A stretch of 64,000 bases of DNA from Lentisphaeria bacterium (GCA_017507125.1 JAFWBQ010000079.1:1732-65731), one strand, 5' to 3'; counted from the first letter of the stretch, positions 1 to 8,933 are shown. Numbers and translations: made by a program. Notes: generated from the sequence alone by a model not told the origin.

Positions 1-910
1 AAATCTCCATAAAGCCGCCAGAATTGATGGTGACATTATTGACCTTTCCCGAAGCCAAAGAGATCCAGGCATATTTCTCAACTCTTACGTTATTGGCTTC
101 CCCTCCTGAAGAAATAAACAAATCCGTCCTGTCGTTATTGTTTATTGCACTGGACAATACAATGTCGTTGACAACGCCGCCTCTGAGAACGAAGTCTCCA
201 CCGCTGCACACAGTTGCATTATGGACAACCCCGCCAGAATAAACCACAACGCTGTCACCGCCATGTCCCATCGCAATAGTTATATCAGTCGCAGTGCCGC
301 CGGAGGAGACGTAAAGATAGCCATAGGAGTTCACCGTGGTGGAAGTCGCCGTGCCGCCGGAGGAGACGTACATGGAGTCGTAGTACAGAGTGATACCGCT
401 TGAGGTGATGCCGGAAGAAACATCGTAGCGGTCGGCGTAGGCTTGGAGGCCGTCGCCGCCGTGGTTGAGGGTGCCTAAGAGGTGGTCGGTTTCGTGGGCG
501 ATGGTGGAGATGATTTCAGGATCGGTAGCGGTGGAATCCAGCATTACGAAGGCGTTGTCGGTTTTGTTCAAGTTGCCTTCGTCGATGGTTTCGGCAAGGC
601 CTCTGAAAGCGCCATATTGATCAAAGGCTGTGGTTTTGCCCACAAAAATGGTGGAGTAGTCTGCTGTTGCAGGGCGCTGAGTTACGAAAACGACCTTTTG
701 ATCGGCATATCTTGCGTTGAGTTCGGCAAGGATGTTTTGGATGCGCTCCTCTGTCAAAGAGGAGTTCTGCACTTCAACAGTGTCAAGACTCAGGATCTCC
801 CCATTATAACTGGTCAATTCCCCGTCAAAGTCCAAATAAATGTACTGTACTGCGATCTGCGGCACATCCTGAGTGCCGCCCCTCTGAATATTTCCGCCCC
901 AAACCGTCAT
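1..910 (-). CDS. Large repeat-containing surface/adhesin-like protein, N-terminal 303 codons only (continues past window start). A zincin-like HExxH head is followed by 19-residue AIDA/autotransporter-passenger-like repeats.
   Basis: Absent from the ORF track because it has no stop in the window. I checked every minus-strand codon from ATG 910-908 down to nt 2 and found no stop; the in-frame stop upstream is at 932-934. Peptide: MTVWGGNIQRGG...TIAHETDHLLGTLNHGGDG...YVSSGGTATSTTVNSYGYLYVSSGGTATDITIAMGHGG... Plus-strand ORFs 24..242, 221..403 and 482..1114 are antisense shadows. Confidence 0.65.
   Translation of the reverse strand, partial: MTVWGGNIQRGGTQDVPQIAVQYIYLDFDGELTSYNGEILSLDTVEVQNSSLTEERIQNILAELNARYADQKVVFVTQRPATADYSTIFVGKTTAFDQYGAFRGLAETIDEGNLNKTDNAFVMLDSTATDPEIISTIAHETDHLLGTLNHGGDGLQAYADRYDVSSGITSSGITLYYDSMYVSSGGTATSTTVNSYGYLYVSSGGTATDITIAMGHGGDSVVVYSGGVVHNATVCSGGDFVLRGGVVNDIVLSSAINNNDRTDLFISSGGEANNVRVEKYAWISLASGKVNNVTINSGGFMEI
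294..370 (-). repeat. Coding tandem repeat: exact 20-nt block gtgccgccggaggagacgta at 294-313 and 351-370 (57-nt = 19-codon period).
   Basis: Read directly from the sequence. It encodes YVSSGGTA at the start of two consecutive 19-residue repeat units of the adhesin-like CDS. Confidence 0.85.
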
Positions 911-1075
911 TGCCTCAATCCGTCCTTCAGTTTATGTGGTCCAATTACATCTCCTCTATATATATATTTACGAAACGCCTTCCATTTCTTACACAGAAAA
1001 AAAATAATTTTCAAAAAAAACAGAAAAAAATCACAAATTTTCCGTTTTTCACCTTATCAAGGAGAAATATACAGC

Positions 1076-1717
1076 TCAATAAGTCACGCTGTCGCGGCAG
1101 TATTCAAGGTGTGAAATATCGTTCCAGCAGCGCAAGCGCCATCTGCCGTCGGCGTAACGGAAAAAACTGCTGTAGGAAACATTGCTGCAGATGGGAAGCA
1201 TATTTCCCGGTGCGACTGCTCCCACAATGTGTTTGAAAACAGCCCGCATAGAACCCGCATGGGTCACAATGATGATACTCTTGCCGATCCATTGGTCCGC
1301 AAGATCATCAAGACATTTGGCAATACGACGCTCAAAGGCACCGTGGGACTCCCCGCCGGGGACGGGGAGATCGCCGCTGTCTACATTGAAACACTCCATA
1401 ATGTCAAAGTATTTTACCCAAAGATCTTTGCTGTACTGTCCCTCAAGCTCCCCCAGGTACCACTCCCGGAGTTCACGGGTCGGCACAGGAGTCACTCCAA
1501 CGGCTTTTCCAATGATCTCCGCCGTCTCAAAGGCACGGCGCAGATCACTTGAAAAAATGGCGTCAAAATGGGTCCCGCGGAGCCTTTCTGCTGCGCTCTG
1601 AGCCTGCCGGCGCCCGATATCATCCAGAGGAGTGTCCCGGTGCCCTTGCAGGATCCCCGCCACATTGTCAGCAGTCTGACCGTGGCGGATCAGGGTAAAT
1701 TCAGTGACATTTTCCAT
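1076..1717 (-). CDS. Histidine phosphatase family protein (phosphoglycerate-mutase-like / CobC-type)
   Basis: RHG catalytic motif near the N-terminus (FTLIRHGQTADN) and a second His block (IIIVTHAGSMRA). ATG at 1717; 11 nt after the upstream gene. Confidence 0.85.
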   Translation of the reverse strand: MENVTEFTLIRHGQTADNVAGILQGHRDTPLDDIGRRQAQSAAERLRGTHFDAIFSSDLRRAFETAEIIGKAVGVTPVPTRELREWYLGELEGQYSKDLWVKYFDIMECFNVDSGDLPVPGGESHGAFERRIAKCLDDLADQWIGKSIIIVTHAGSMRAVFKHIVGAVAPGNMLPICSNVSYSSFFRYADGRWRLRCWNDISHLEYCRDSVTY

Positions 1718-1728
1718 AAAGTATCAAA

Positions 1729-2937
1729 TCACTTGCCCCATGCCTCGTTACCAAGGAATCCATCGGGGAAGAATACGGGCTTGCAGCCCGCTTCGACCAT
1801 CAATTCGATAGATTTGGAAAGGCGCTCCATGTGGTCAGGAATGTAATTGTGATAGTAGGGGAAGGTGTACTGTTCATGGCTGGCAAGTCCGAAAACCTCA
1901 TTGCCCACAGCCGCAGAGTCAGCAAGAGCCTTTTCCAACCTGCCGGGGATCACATCCAGCGGCACCAGATTGGCGCAGCAGCAGCCCTGAAAGAAGGTCA
2001 TATCCAGATGGGGATTGTAGAGCAGCTTGTGCTGGCTGAGATAAGAGGTCTCTTCAATAACATTGAAGTGCTCCTCAAAGCCGAATCCAAAGTCTCCGGC
2101 AAGCTGCTTGTCCCGGTTGTAGGCGGCTGTCATCTGGCTGTTGGCGGTGGTGTTGGTCTTGGCGCCCACTGCACGCTCAATGGCAGAGGGTCCCCCCATA
2201 AGACGGGGACGGAAGGCGTTGCTGTAACACTTGACGCCCCGTTCTTTCAGAACCTTGACGCAGGCAGGGGAAATGATCGCCCAGTGGATCACAACGGGAG
2301 TTGTAAAACTTTCCTCTCCGGCAATACGGACGATCTCATCGTGGACCATATCGTAATCCCGGGCGAAAACTTCTTCACATTCCTCAATGTAAAGACGGTC
2401 CGGAAACTCGCCGGAAGCATGAAATGAAAGTTTCATCCAGTCGGAGTTGTCTATAAACTCCTGTTTCCAGATGTCAGGAACCTGACTCATATCACAATCA
2501 AAGTGGTCGTTGTGATAGAAACAGTTCAAAGTGACCTTCAATCCCGTGCGCTCATGGATCTCTTTCAGCCCCTTCAGATAGAAGTGGTCAAAAGCGCGTG
2601 CCGGACGCTCCTTTGCAAGATCGGTCCAGAAGAAGCTGTGGTCATCAATGTAAAAGTTGACACGCTTGAAGGATTTTTTATCGTACACCACAACAATGGA
2701 CTGACTGAAATTTCCGTAAGCACTGATCTGGTCAGCGGTAACAGTGTTGAACTGCTGAGTCAAAGTGACATCCGCCATAAAGCGGCGTCCGTCCCGGCGG
2801 GCAGGAACCCCATTGACTTTCACAGGACCGGGAAAATCTGTGATCCCTTCAATAAGAACAGTCAAACCATTGGCGTCTTCCTTGCCGTGATTGTGATTCA
2901 GAACGGCGCCTTGACGGATATTGGTAATCTGAAGCAT
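1729..2937 (-). CDS. Conserved hypothetical protein, tandem paralog A (no family recognised; possibly a metal-dependent carbohydrate esterase/hydrolase-type fold)
   Basis: 402-aa ORF with ATG at 2937 and no signal peptide. Roughly 70% identical by eye to the next gene. Shared blocks: FYIDDHSFFWTDLAKERP, NCFYHNDHFDCDMSQVPD, SHEQYTFPYYHNYIPDHM, and the Cys triplet GCCCANLVP. Confidence 0.7.
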   Translation of the reverse strand: MLQITNIRQGAVLNHNHGKEDANGLTVLIEGITDFPGPVKVNGVPARRDGRRFMADVTLTQQFNTVTADQISAYGNFSQSIVVVYDKKSFKRVNFYIDDHSFFWTDLAKERPARAFDHFYLKGLKEIHERTGLKVTLNCFYHNDHFDCDMSQVPDIWKQEFIDNSDWMKLSFHASGEFPDRLYIEECEEVFARDYDMVHDEIVRIAGEESFTTPVVIHWAIISPACVKVLKERGVKCYSNAFRPRLMGGPSAIERAVGAKTNTTANSQMTAAYNRDKQLAGDFGFGFEEHFNVIEETSYLSQHKLLYNPHLDMTFFQGCCCANLVPLDVIPGRLEKALADSAAVGNEVFGLASHEQYTFPYYHNYIPDHMERLSKSIELMVEAGCKPVFFPDGFLGNEAWGK

Positions 2938-2955
2938 TTCTTTTTTTCCTTTATA

Positions 2956-4158
2956 TTATTTATCCCAGGCTTCGTTGCCCAGAAGACCTTTTGCGAAAAA
3001 GACCGGTTTGCATCCGAGTTCAATCATTGTTTCGGCGGCTTTGCCGATACGCGCCATGTGATCGGGGATGTAGTTGTGATAGTAGGGGAATGTATACTGT
3101 TCGTGGCTGCCCACATTGAAAACTTCACTGCCGACGGCTGAAGCATTTTCCACAGCTTTGTTCAGTCTGTCAAAAATCACATCATAGGGAACAAGATTAC
3201 AGCAGCAGTTGCCCCGGAAAAACATCATATCCAGATGGGGATTATACATACATCTGTGAAGTTCAAGATAGTTGTGTTCCTCCATGACAGTGAAGTGATC
3301 CTGATAACCGAAACCGAGATCGTTGGGAACAAGCATCTTGTTTTCCACTCCGATCTGGGAGTTTGCAATATTGTTATCCTTGCATCCTGCGGCACGTTCA
3401 AGAGCACTTGGACCGCCCATGAGACGGGGACGGAAGGCGCTGGCGTAAGTCCTGACACCTTTTTCTTTCAGAACCTTGACGCAGGAGGGGGAAATAATGC
3501 CCCAATGAACCACCAGAGGCTCAATAAAGGTCTCTTCTCCGGCAAAACGGACGATGTGGTCGTGAATAAGTTCGTAATCCCGGCGGAACTCCTCTTCAGA
3601 AGCCTCAATATAGAGGCGGTCGGGGAATTCCCCCAGAGAGTGGAAAGACATTTTCAGCCAGTCTGAGTTGTCAATAAATTCACTTTTCCAGGTATCCGGA
3701 ACCTGACTCATATCACAATCAAAGTGGTCATTGTGATAGAAACAGTTCAGCGTCGCCTTCAAACCGGTGCGTTCATGGATCTCTTTCAGCCCTTTGAGAT
3801 AGAAATGGTCAAAGGCGCGTTTGGGGCGTTCTTTGGCAAGATCGGTCCAGAAAAAGCTGTGGTCATCAATGTAGCAGTTAAAGCGTTTGAAAGACTTTTT
3901 ATCCCACACAACGACGATGGATTGACTGAAATTGCCGTAGGTACTGATCTGTTCTGCGGTCACAGTGTTGATCTTCTCAGTCAATGTAACCTCTCCCATA
4001 AAACGGCGACCGTCACGGCGGGCGGGCTGGCCGTTGAGGGTGACCGGTCCGGGGAAATCGCTGATGCCTTCAAAAAGGACTTTCAATCCCTTTTCATCTT
4101 CAACGCCATGATTATGATTGAGAACGGCGCCCTGTCGGATATTGGTGATTTGCAGCAT
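2956..4158 (-). CDS. Conserved hypothetical protein, tandem paralog B
   Basis: The ORF track gives 2956..4215. I place the start at ATG 4158 (MLQITNIRQGAVLNHNHG) because it aligns residue for residue with the N-terminus of paralog A. Cys triplet here is GNCCCNLVP. Confidence 0.7.
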   Translation of the reverse strand: MLQITNIRQGAVLNHNHGVEDEKGLKVLFEGISDFPGPVTLNGQPARRDGRRFMGEVTLTEKINTVTAEQISTYGNFSQSIVVVWDKKSFKRFNCYIDDHSFFWTDLAKERPKRAFDHFYLKGLKEIHERTGLKATLNCFYHNDHFDCDMSQVPDTWKSEFIDNSDWLKMSFHSLGEFPDRLYIEASEEEFRRDYELIHDHIVRFAGEETFIEPLVVHWGIISPSCVKVLKEKGVRTYASAFRPRLMGGPSALERAAGCKDNNIANSQIGVENKMLVPNDLGFGYQDHFTVMEEHNYLELHRCMYNPHLDMMFFRGNCCCNLVPYDVIFDRLNKAVENASAVGSEVFNVGSHEQYTFPYYHNYIPDHMARIGKAAETMIELGCKPVFFAKGLLGNEAWDK

Positions 4159-4192
4159 AAATATGATACTCCTTATTCCTTGGAAAAAACTG

Positions 4193-4972
4193 TTATCTCT
4201 TGATTTGGGGAGCAACTCTCCGGAATTCTTTGAAATACAACTTCTGAGCTGTTTTCAAAACAGCGCTCCGGAATGCTTTTGAATCCTTATTTCCGGCCTT
4301 TTTGTATTCCCGGTAAAAAAGAGCTATATCACGGTATGTCAGAGAAAGATCCAGAGAGGAAAAAAGAATACCCGCAACATCCTTGACCGCATAACGGAAA
4401 GGAACTTTTTTTCTGATCTGAGCCCGGTGAAGATCGATCACATGCAGTTCTCCAGTCTCCGAAGAACGCAAAAAATGGCAGATGTAACAATCTCTGTGAT
4501 TCACCCCTGCTGCGTGCATTTTTCCAACGCTTTTTCCGAGACGCCGGATGATTTCCCGCCGGGTGGACAAGTCAACATTTCCCGTCGCAAAAAGCTCCTC
4601 CAAACTGACCATTCCGGCAAGTTCCCGGGTAATGATAAAAGACTCTTTTGCCGCCGGATTGAAAAATCTTTCGCCGAATCCGGCACATGTCATGGTGGGA
4701 ACCCCCACTTTTTCCAGCATACGGATCGCTTCAAACTCGCCCCGTGCACCGGTAACGGGCTTCTTGAACTGAAGGAGATTTTTGATGATCTCGCCCCAGC
4801 CGACTCCCAAATGGTGTTTTATGAAAAAGCCTCTGCCGTTGACTTCAGTGCGGAAAGTTCTGCGGCTTTTGACCCGGCGGAACTCCTCCCCGGACAAAAT
4901 CGCTATTTCTCCAAAAACATCCTTATTTTTCCACAAAGAGGCAAATGGTTCATCAAGAAAAATTTTTGCCAT
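4193..4972 (-). CDS. Lipopolysaccharide kinase (Kdo/WaaP/InaA) family protein
   Basis: Protein-kinase-like catalytic loop GVNHRDCYICHFL and VIDLHRAQI. The N-terminal FFIKHH ... SFIITRELAG layout is typical of LPS core kinases. Confidence 0.75.
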   Translation of the reverse strand: MAKIFLDEPFASLWKNKDVFGEIAILSGEEFRRVKSRRTFRTEVNGRGFFIKHHLGVGWGEIIKNLLQFKKPVTGARGEFEAIRMLEKVGVPTMTCAGFGERFFNPAAKESFIITRELAGMVSLEELFATGNVDLSTRREIIRRLGKSVGKMHAAGVNHRDCYICHFLRSSETGELHVIDLHRAQIRKKVPFRYAVKDVAGILFSSLDLSLTYRDIALFYREYKKAGNKDSKAFRSAVLKTAQKLYFKEFRRVAPQIKR

Positions 4973-4987
4973 ACCATCCTCAACTGC

Positions 4988-5773
4988 TCAAAGCATTCCC
5001 ATGCCGCAGAGCAAAGTCAGCACTGCCGCCCAGAAACCGCCCAACGTGATCCAATCGGAACTCAAACCGCTGCTGAATTCATTAATTCCGGGAAGTTCAC
5101 GCCAGAACCAAACCCACAACACAACAAACGCCCCCAGGGCTGCAACTTTGGGAAATACACACATCATGATCAGCGCAAGAATGAGAGAACTGACCGCAAG
5201 ATATTTTTCTCCGCCTTTGGCTATGCGGATAAAAGGGATCTTTGTGTTTCGATCCGGCTCCAGACAAAGTCTTGCCTGCACAACGGCATCCGCTGCACTG
5301 ACGGCAATGAACCAAAAACCGGCTCCGCGATAAAAAAGTGCAAAAAGCATACCGAGAACAATAATGACAAAAATGCCCGTCATAAGCATAACCACCGGAT
5401 TTTTCAACACTTCACTCAAACGATTGTCACAATGCTGAAAAGCAAGTGCCGGGGGAGATCCGGAAAACCGGGTGCCGACATAGGAAACAAGCAGAGCAAG
5501 TCCCCGGCCGGAGTCTTTGAAAAACAACAAAAGAGCACCTGCCAACGTAAAAACCAACGCTCCTGCAAAGCGGTTGAAAAAGCTCCCGATCAAAAGAGCG
5601 GGCAGCAAAGCCAGAACTCCGGCCAGGGCTCCGCAGAAAGGGAAACAAAAAAGCACTGTTTTGCTGGGGATCTGCATTCTGAAAGGAGCAATGACCGCTT
5701 TCGGCAATGTATAGTCAGATATCATTCCCCATGAGGCAATAAAGGCGGCAACTGCACTTCGGATTTGTTTCAT
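4988..5773 (-). CDS. Multi-pass inner-membrane protein, family uncertain (distant CobS-like layout, see findings)
   Basis: Hydrophobic throughout, with several predicted TM helices. Start chosen at ATG 5773 (MKQIRS...), which forms an ATGA overlap with the plsC stop; the longest ORF starts at 5785. Confidence 0.55.
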   Translation of the reverse strand: MKQIRSAVAAFIASWGMISDYTLPKAVIAPFRMQIPSKTVLFCFPFCGALAGVLALLPALLIGSFFNRFAGALVFTLAGALLLFFKDSGRGLALLVSYVGTRFSGSPPALAFQHCDNRLSEVLKNPVVMLMTGIFVIIVLGMLFALFYRGAGFWFIAVSAADAVVQARLCLEPDRNTKIPFIRIAKGGEKYLAVSSLILALIMMCVFPKVAALGAFVVLWVWFWRELPGINEFSSGLSSDWITLGGFWAAVLTLLCGMGML

Positions 5774-6507
5774 AGACTCCTCCATTTCTGATTCATAATA
5801 TCATAAACTCTGGCAGCAAAGGCTTTGCGGTCCTCATCTGCCAGCGGCTGTATCAAATTGAGAACATAAACGGTCACTTCAGTTTTTTTCAATCCCAACA
5901 CATCCCAGGCATGATTCAAAAAACCGGTATTTCCGGTCCACTGAAGTCGGGAACGGCACTTTTCATCGTAAGAGATCACAACGGGCAGTACAGCAGTTCC
6001 TGAGTCGATCACTGCCTGAAAAGAGGTTGACTTGAAAGGCAGCAAGCCATCTTTTCCGTCAGAAGTGGTTCCTTCCGGGAAAACCATCATTGCCTTGCCA
6101 GCTTTCATGGTTCTGCACATAGCTTCAGCAGAAATTTTTGCCTTGCTTGGTGTTGAACGGTCGATCCAGACAGGATCATTGCACTGTGTCATGAAACCGA
6201 TCAACGGCCAACGGCGCATCTCCGCTTTAGGAGCAAAACGGATCTTGAAAGTCGAGGCAAGAACAAGGATATCCAGCGCACACTGATGATTGGCAGTTAT
6301 CAAGCCGCCTTTAAAATTTTCAACATCTCCTTTTACATGAACTTTAAGATTGAAGATCCAGGCAGTTACCTTTGCCCAGATCAAAGTCCACCACAATCCC
6401 CGCTCAGAGGCATTGGAGCCGTGATTGGTCAGGCGGCAGAGAGTTGAGCTGCAGACAAACCAAAGCACAAAAAGGGGAATTCTGAAAATTTTTCTCAACA
6501 GATTCAT
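5770..6507 (-). CDS. plsC: 1-acyl-sn-glycerol-3-phosphate (lysophospholipid) acyltransferase
   Basis: HxxxxD acyltransferase motif (ANHQCALD), FPEGTTS block and N-terminal TM helix. ATGA overlap with the upstream M20 gene. Confidence 0.85.
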   Translation of the reverse strand: MNLLRKIFRIPLFVLWFVCSSTLCRLTNHGSNASERGLWWTLIWAKVTAWIFNLKVHVKGDVENFKGGLITANHQCALDILVLASTFKIRFAPKAEMRRWPLIGFMTQCNDPVWIDRSTPSKAKISAEAMCRTMKAGKAMMVFPEGTTSDGKDGLLPFKSTSFQAVIDSGTAVLPVVISYDEKCRSRLQWTGNTGFLNHAWDVLGLKKTEVTVYVLNLIQPLADEDRKAFAARVYDIMNQKWRSL

Positions 6508-7655
6508 TCAGTCTTCAATGACTCCAAGGCAAATGCAGTCATAACCCTGATACCATTTTCCATGATCTCCTCAGGCGGGAAGAAAGAGGGATTGTGAAGT
6601 GAAACCATCTCTTCCCCTGCCCCCAGACGGAAGAATACGCCGGGAACTTTGGCAAGATAATAAGAAAAGTCTTCGGAACTCATGGCAGAGTCTTCGAGGA
6701 TATGCAGCGGGATCTCCAGATCCTTGACGACTTTGCAAAGGCGTTGTGTCGGCTCAGGGGCATTGCAGGTCGCCAGATAACACTGATTGGTCTGCACATC
6801 ACAGCGGACTCTGTGGATAACAGCTGCAGCATGACAGATTTCATGGACGGCATCTTCCATGATCTTCGCAGTCTCATTGTCAAGCGAACGCATGGTTCCG
6901 GAAAATTCTGCTGTTTCAGGAATAATGTTATCTATTTCACCGGAAACAAAACGGCAGATGCTCAAAACACCGGAACGACGGGGATCGACCCTGTTCGGGA
7001 CAACATTTTGCAGCTCCATGACCATGGAGGCAGCTGCGATCAGGGGATTTCTTGAAGCACAGGGAAGACTTCCGTGTCCTCCCCGTCCGTGGACCGTCAC
7101 CTTGAAGTGATTGCTTGAAGCCATCATGGCGCCCTCTTTTACAGAGACGTCACCGGCAGGCTTTCCGGGCATAACATGGAGCGCGGCACACACTTCAGGA
7201 AGAGGATCTCCCATTGCCCCGGCGGCAATGAGATCTTTTGCCATGGCCTTATTTTCCTCTCCCGGCTGGAAGACGCAACGCACCGTTCCGCCAAACTCTT
7301 TTCTGCGCGCCGCCAAAGCTCTGACGGCACCGATAAGAATGGAAATATGCATATCATGTCCGCATGCGTGCATCATGCCCTCATGACATGAAGGGAAATC
7401 GCATCCACTTTCTTCAACACCAGGAAGTCCGTCAATATCGGCACGCAGCAGAACGTGAGGTCCATCCCCTTTTTCACCTTTTATCAGGGCAACAGTATCC
7501 GTCTCGAGAAAGGGCGGCAAAACTTCAACTCCTTCGATCCGGCTCAAAGTTTCACGGATCAGGGAACATGTTTTGAACTCTTTTCCCGCAATTTCAGGGA
7601 TTTGATGAAATTGCCGTCTGAGAGCGATAATTTCCGGGAAAAAATCAATGTTCAT
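6504..7655 (-). CDS. M20 family amidohydrolase (M20D, N-acyl-amino-acid/hippurate hydrolase type)
   Basis: Metal-ligand blocks HACGHDMH, FQPGEE and HNPSF; length 383 aa. Confidence 0.85.
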   Translation of the reverse strand: MNIDFFPEIIALRRQFHQIPEIAGKEFKTCSLIRETLSRIEGVEVLPPFLETDTVALIKGEKGDGPHVLLRADIDGLPGVEESGCDFPSCHEGMMHACGHDMHISILIGAVRALAARRKEFGGTVRCVFQPGEENKAMAKDLIAAGAMGDPLPEVCAALHVMPGKPAGDVSVKEGAMMASSNHFKVTVHGRGGHGSLPCASRNPLIAAASMVMELQNVVPNRVDPRRSGVLSICRFVSGEIDNIIPETAEFSGTMRSLDNETAKIMEDAVHEICHAAAVIHRVRCDVQTNQCYLATCNAPEPTQRLCKVVKDLEIPLHILEDSAMSSEDFSYYLAKVPGVFFRLGAGEEMVSLHNPSFFPPEEIMENGIRVMTAFALESLKTE

Positions 7656-7661
7656 AAAAAA

Positions 7662-8933
7662 TTATTTTCCATATTCATAGACGACGTTGCCGCCGACAAT
7701 AGTCATGATGTTCCGGCATCGGACGCGTCGTCCGCCGAAAGGTGTGTTCCGTGATTTTGACTTGAAGGTGGAGGGATCGACCACATATTCAGCTTCAGGA
7801 TCAAACACGGTGATATCAGCAGCTTTTCCTTCAGCAAGATCATAATCCTTCATCCGCAGAATGTCTGCGGGACCGGTGGTCAGGCGCTTGACAAACTCAG
7901 GCAGCGCCATCATTCCGGAAGCGACAAGTTCCGTATAAGTAACGCTCAGAGCGGTCTCAAGTCCGATGATGCCGAAGGGGGCATGGTCAAACTCAACCAA
8001 CTTGGCAGTGACCGTATGGGGAGCATGATCGGTGGCAATTGCGGTAATGGTTCCGTCGGCAACGGCGCGGAGCAGAGCCTGTCTGTCCTCTTCAGAGCGC
8101 AACGGCGGATTCATTTTGTAGTTGGTATCGTAAGTCTTGATACAATCATCGGTCAGACTCAGATGGTGGGGTGTTGCTTCGCCGGTGACAGGGATACCTT
8201 CGGCACGTGCCTTGCGGATCAGCTCCACACTTTCCTTGACGCTGACGTGCTGCATATGGATCGGCCACTGGAACTGACGGGCAAGAATGATGTTTCTTGC
8301 GATCATCAACTCTTCAGCGGCTCCGGTCATGCCGTTCATACCAAGCAGAACAGACCATTTTCCTTCATTCATAACGCCGCCGGCTGCAAGATAATTATCC
8401 TCACAGTGGTCAAGAATAGGCAGTTCGAAAGATTTTGCATATTCGACCACATGGCGCATAAGGGAGTGATCCTGGATGCACTTGCCGTCATCACTCAAAG
8501 CGACAACTCCGGCGCTCTTGAGAGAACCGATACCCGCCATTTCCTGACCGGCAAAGTTTTTGGTCATACAACCGCAGGGAAGAACCCTGACGACACCGGT
8601 ACGTGCGGCAGTCTGACGCAGATATTCAATAGCACCGGCAGTATCCGCCGCCGGAGAAGTGTTGGGCATGGCGACCACAGAGGTAAATCCGCCGGCTGCG
8701 GCAGCGGCAGTTCCTGAAGCGATGGTTTCGGCGGTAGTATTACCCGGCTGACGCAAGTGAACATGAACATCAATAAATCCCGGAGTAACGACTTTTCCGG
8801 TCAGGTCGATTTCTCTTGCGTTGGTCACTTTGCCGGGATCTGTGATCACGGCATTTTCGACTCCGATATCCCCGATGGTATCAATATTGCGACCGGGGTC
8901 GATAATTCTGGCATTTTTGAGAATAAGATTCAT
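7662..8933 (-). CDS. pyrC: Dihydroorotase
   Basis: DVHVHLRQPG metal motif, ATDHAPH block and amidohydrolase length. Start set at ATG 8933 (MNLILKNARIIDPG), which makes an ATGA overlap with the pyrB stop; the longest ORF starts at 8945. Confidence 0.9.
   Translation of the reverse strand: MNLILKNARIIDPGRNIDTIGDIGVENAVITDPGKVTNAREIDLTGKVVTPGFIDVHVHLRQPGNTTAETIASGTAAAAAGGFTSVVAMPNTSPAADTAGAIEYLRQTAARTGVVRVLPCGCMTKNFAGQEMAGIGSLKSAGVVALSDDGKCIQDHSLMRHVVEYAKSFELPILDHCEDNYLAAGGVMNEGKWSVLLGMNGMTGAAEELMIARNIILARQFQWPIHMQHVSVKESVELIRKARAEGIPVTGEATPHHLSLTDDCIKTYDTNYKMNPPLRSEEDRQALLRAVADGTITAIATDHAPHTVTAKLVEFDHAPFGIIGLETALSVTYTELVASGMMALPEFVKRLTTGPADILRMKDYDLAEGKAADITVFDPEAEYVVDPSTFKSKSRNTPFGGRRVRCRNIMTIVGGNVVYEYGK

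Noticed and set aside
997-1037. Three A7-A8 tracts (997-1004, 1013-1020, 1024-1030) between the histidine phosphatase gene and the adhesin-like gene; possible phased bent DNA or a terminator U-tract.
   Set aside because: Tract spacing (about 16 and 10.5 nt) is not consistently helical-phased. I could not find a stem preceding the T-runs on the minus strand, so neither a bend element nor an intrinsic terminator is supported.
24-1114. Plus-strand ORFs 24..242, 221..403 and 482..1114 at the left edge.
   Set aside because: The minus strand is open across the whole of 1-910 and encodes a coherent repeat protein with an HExxH motif. The plus-strand ORFs are its antisense shadows.
4427-5734. 435-aa plus-strand ORF, and similar long antisense ORFs at 12224..13237, 14477..15418, 16726..17553, 25587..26555, 30241..31479, 44392..45270, 45283..45966, 48318..49094, 53529..54395, 54573..55787 and 61906..63333.
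   Set aside because: Each lies antisense to a gene with clear family motifs (LPS kinase, L,D-transpeptidase, ffh, mlaE, RNB, exbBD/tonB and others). Their translations are low-complexity, Arg/Lys/Gly/Ser/Phe-rich, with no recognisable motifs. They are stop-free shadows of the coding frame on the other strand.
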